A stretch of 42,370 nt of DNA, taken from contig CAWUNX010000001.1 in assembly GCA_963923905.1 (NCBI GenBank), forward strand, positions 1-42,370, in the 5' to 3' direction. Below are positions 40,689 through 42,370 of this stretch, piece by piece; within the stretch, counting starts at the first letter, position 1, and every line of letters starts with the position of its first letter. Both the position numbers and the translations under genes were made by a program. The notes below the pieces were generated by a model. That model worked only from the letters and a program-made list of their open reading frames with translations, had not been told where the DNA came from and did no database searches. The DNA is from an uncultured Methylocucumis sp. GTDB taxonomy: Bacteria > Pseudomonadota > Gammaproteobacteria > Methylococcales > Methylomonadaceae.

Positions 40689-40961
40689 TTATTCCTTAGG
40701 TGGAGTATAGCCACTTGGCAGAGCATCATTACCCTCAAATAAAAATTTGTGTCGTTCATCCGCCAAAAAGGCTCTTGCTTTAGCATCGTAACTGGCTAGT
40801 CGATATTCGTTAATTAACATGGTTTGTTTGCTTAACCATTGTTGCCAGGCTTGTTTGGATATTTTTTCATAAATTTCCTGGCCTTGTTGACCTGGAAACG
40901 GTGGGTTGTCTAAGCCTTCGGCGTCTATATTCAATTTTGCGCAATGTATTAATCGAGTCAT
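40689..40961 (-). CDS. yggX: Fe(II)-trafficking / oxidative damage protection protein YggX
   Basis: MTR.I.C.KL...AEGL..PPFPG..G..IY..ISK.AW..W...QTMLINE; directly downstream of mutY. Confidence 0.95.
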   Translation of the reverse strand: MTRLIHCAKLNIDAEGLDNPPFPGQQGQEIYEKISKQAWQQWLSKQTMLINEYRLASYDAKARAFLADERHKFLFEGNDALPSGYTPPKE

Positions 40962-40963
40962 TG

Positions 40964-42010
40964 TTACTCTCTATCTAAGTTTTGTAATAAATTTTTTATC
41001 GGCGCGGCTAGGCCAAGTGGTATGGGTTTGTTTATGTTATACCAAAGCAGTGCATCGCTTTCCAAAACAAAATGCGTAGCGTTTTTTAGGTAAAAACATA
41101 AAGGTGTATAGTTTAAATGAAAATGCGAGAAAGTATGGCAGGCTGTGCTTAATGCGTGTTGGTTTAAGATGGCTAAATTTTTTAAATGACACCATTGCTC
41201 TGCTTCAGTCGGGGATTGAAATTCTGGCAGACTCCATAATCCTCCCCAAATACCGTTAGTAGGTCGTTTATACAGCAATACTTGGCGTTCTGGCGTGATT
41301 GCCAGTAATAAATAAACATGTTTTTCTGGTAAAGCTCGACGCGGCTTAGGCGTTGGGTAGGTACTCACGCTGTTGTTAATATGCGCTTGGCAGGCGTTTT
41401 GTAAGGGGCAACGCGCACAATTAGGTTTGCTGCGAGTGCAAAGCGTAGCACCTAAATCCATGATGGCTTGGGTATAGTCACTTACTCTATGTTGGGGCGT
41501 TAAGCTACGGCTAATCTCCCATAATTGCTTTTGTACTTGGCTTTGACCAGACCAGCCTGACACCGCGTAGACACGGCTTAATACGCGTTTAACATTGCCG
41601 TCTAAAATAGGCGCGCTTTGTTCAAACGCAATGCTTAGGATAGCGCCGGCTGTTGATTGTCCAATGCCTGGTAAACGGGTCAATTCATCTAAGGTGCTTG
41701 GAAAATAGCCTAAGCGATGAATAATTTGTGCGGTTTTGTGCAAGTTACGTGCGCGCGCGTAATAACCTAATCCTGACCAGAGCGCTAAGACGTCATTGAT
41801 AGACGCTGTAGCCAGCTCGTCAATAGTGGGAAAGCGTGCGATAAACGCGTTGAAATAAGGAATGACTGTGCTGACTTGAGTTTGTTGCAGCATAATTTCG
41901 GACAGCCACACTCGATAAGGGGTTTTCGGTTGTTGCCAGGGCAGTTGTTTGCGTCCGTGTTGGTCAAACCAATTGAGTAATTGATAGTTAAATTCGTCTG
42001 GGGATAACAT
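40964..42010 (-). CDS. mutY: A/G-specific adenine glycosylase MutY
   Basis: SEIMLQQTQV, WSGLGYYARARNL, HhH LPGIG.STAGA, LDGNVKRV, Fe-S motif C-x6-C-x2-C-x5-C, HTFSHF. Confidence 0.98.
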   Translation of the reverse strand: MLSPDEFNYQLLNWFDQHGRKQLPWQQPKTPYRVWLSEIMLQQTQVSTVIPYFNAFIARFPTIDELATASINDVLALWSGLGYYARARNLHKTAQIIHRLGYFPSTLDELTRLPGIGQSTAGAILSIAFEQSAPILDGNVKRVLSRVYAVSGWSGQSQVQKQLWEISRSLTPQHRVSDYTQAIMDLGATLCTRSKPNCARCPLQNACQAHINNSVSTYPTPKPRRALPEKHVYLLLAITPERQVLLYKRPTNGIWGGLWSLPEFQSPTEAEQWCHLKNLAILNQHALSTACHTFSHFHLNYTPLCFYLKNATHFVLESDALLWYNINKPIPLGLAAPIKNLLQNLDRE

Positions 42011-42147
42011 AGCACGGCGAGCAACGGTGATGTCTTACTGAGTAGCGTCTTAGCTATTTTGTTTTTGTGAAATAGTTTACACTGTATTACTTAGAGGGTG
42101 TTATTTAGCTGTGTTGTATAACTTAATAAAAACAGAAGAGGGGGAAT

Positions 42148-42370
42148 ATGTCATTAATGTTATTGGCCACGCTAGGTGGCTTTATAGTAATTGTTTGGTT
42201 TTATTTAACCGCGAAAGAAAAGGGCGAGTCACCTATACAATGGGTTATTATTGGTGTTATTGGATACTGGCTGACCTGGTGGTTGATTAAGCTGACCTTA
42301 GTCAATGCGGTGGCTGGCTTATTTACAAAAAGCTTTGCGGGAGCTTTTTTGATTAGGCAGGTTCCGGCGC
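42148..42370 (+). CDS. Small membrane protein, 3'-truncated by window end (MSLMLLATLGGFIVIVWFYLTAKEKGESPIQWVIIGVIGYW...)
   Basis: GAGGGGG RBS, ATG at 42148, open to the window end; hydrophobic helices separated by AKEKGE. Confidence 0.75.
   Translation, partial: MSLMLLATLGGFIVIVWFYLTAKEKGESPIQWVIIGVIGYWLTWWLIKLTLVNAVAGLFTKSFAGAFLIRQVPA

Overview
42.4-kb contig-end window from a gammaproteobacterium. Gene content and protein style (fhs, RTX C-terminal tail, intergenic repeat type) suggest a Methylococcales-like methanotroph, but that is inference. Bases 1-40 are Illumina Nextera adapter, not genome. Bases 41-6454 form a GC-richer signalling block: a truncated TonB-dependent receptor, a periplasmic ABC_sub_bind-type protein, a structured palindromic spacer, and a 1502-aa protein holding a full His-Asp-His-Asp phosphorelay fused to GGDEF-EAL. 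This block is the best candidate for an undescribed system. The rest is mostly core chromosome (pncC, LonC-type protease, slyD, aas-lplT, tRNA-Asp, polA, fhs, pyrG-kdsA-eno-ftsB, mutY-yggX). Accessory genes sit among these: two more diguanylate cyclases, an RTX surface protein with hypervariable tandem repeats, HEPN/MNT and VapBC toxin-antitoxin pairs, orphan tailoring enzymes, an unannotated 44-aa lipoprotein behind a perfect palindrome, and insertions into the pyrG-kdsA-eno-ftsB operon, including an in-frame hairpin-bearing insert inside pyrG. No CRISPR array, rRNA, transposase, integrase or reverse transcriptase was seen.
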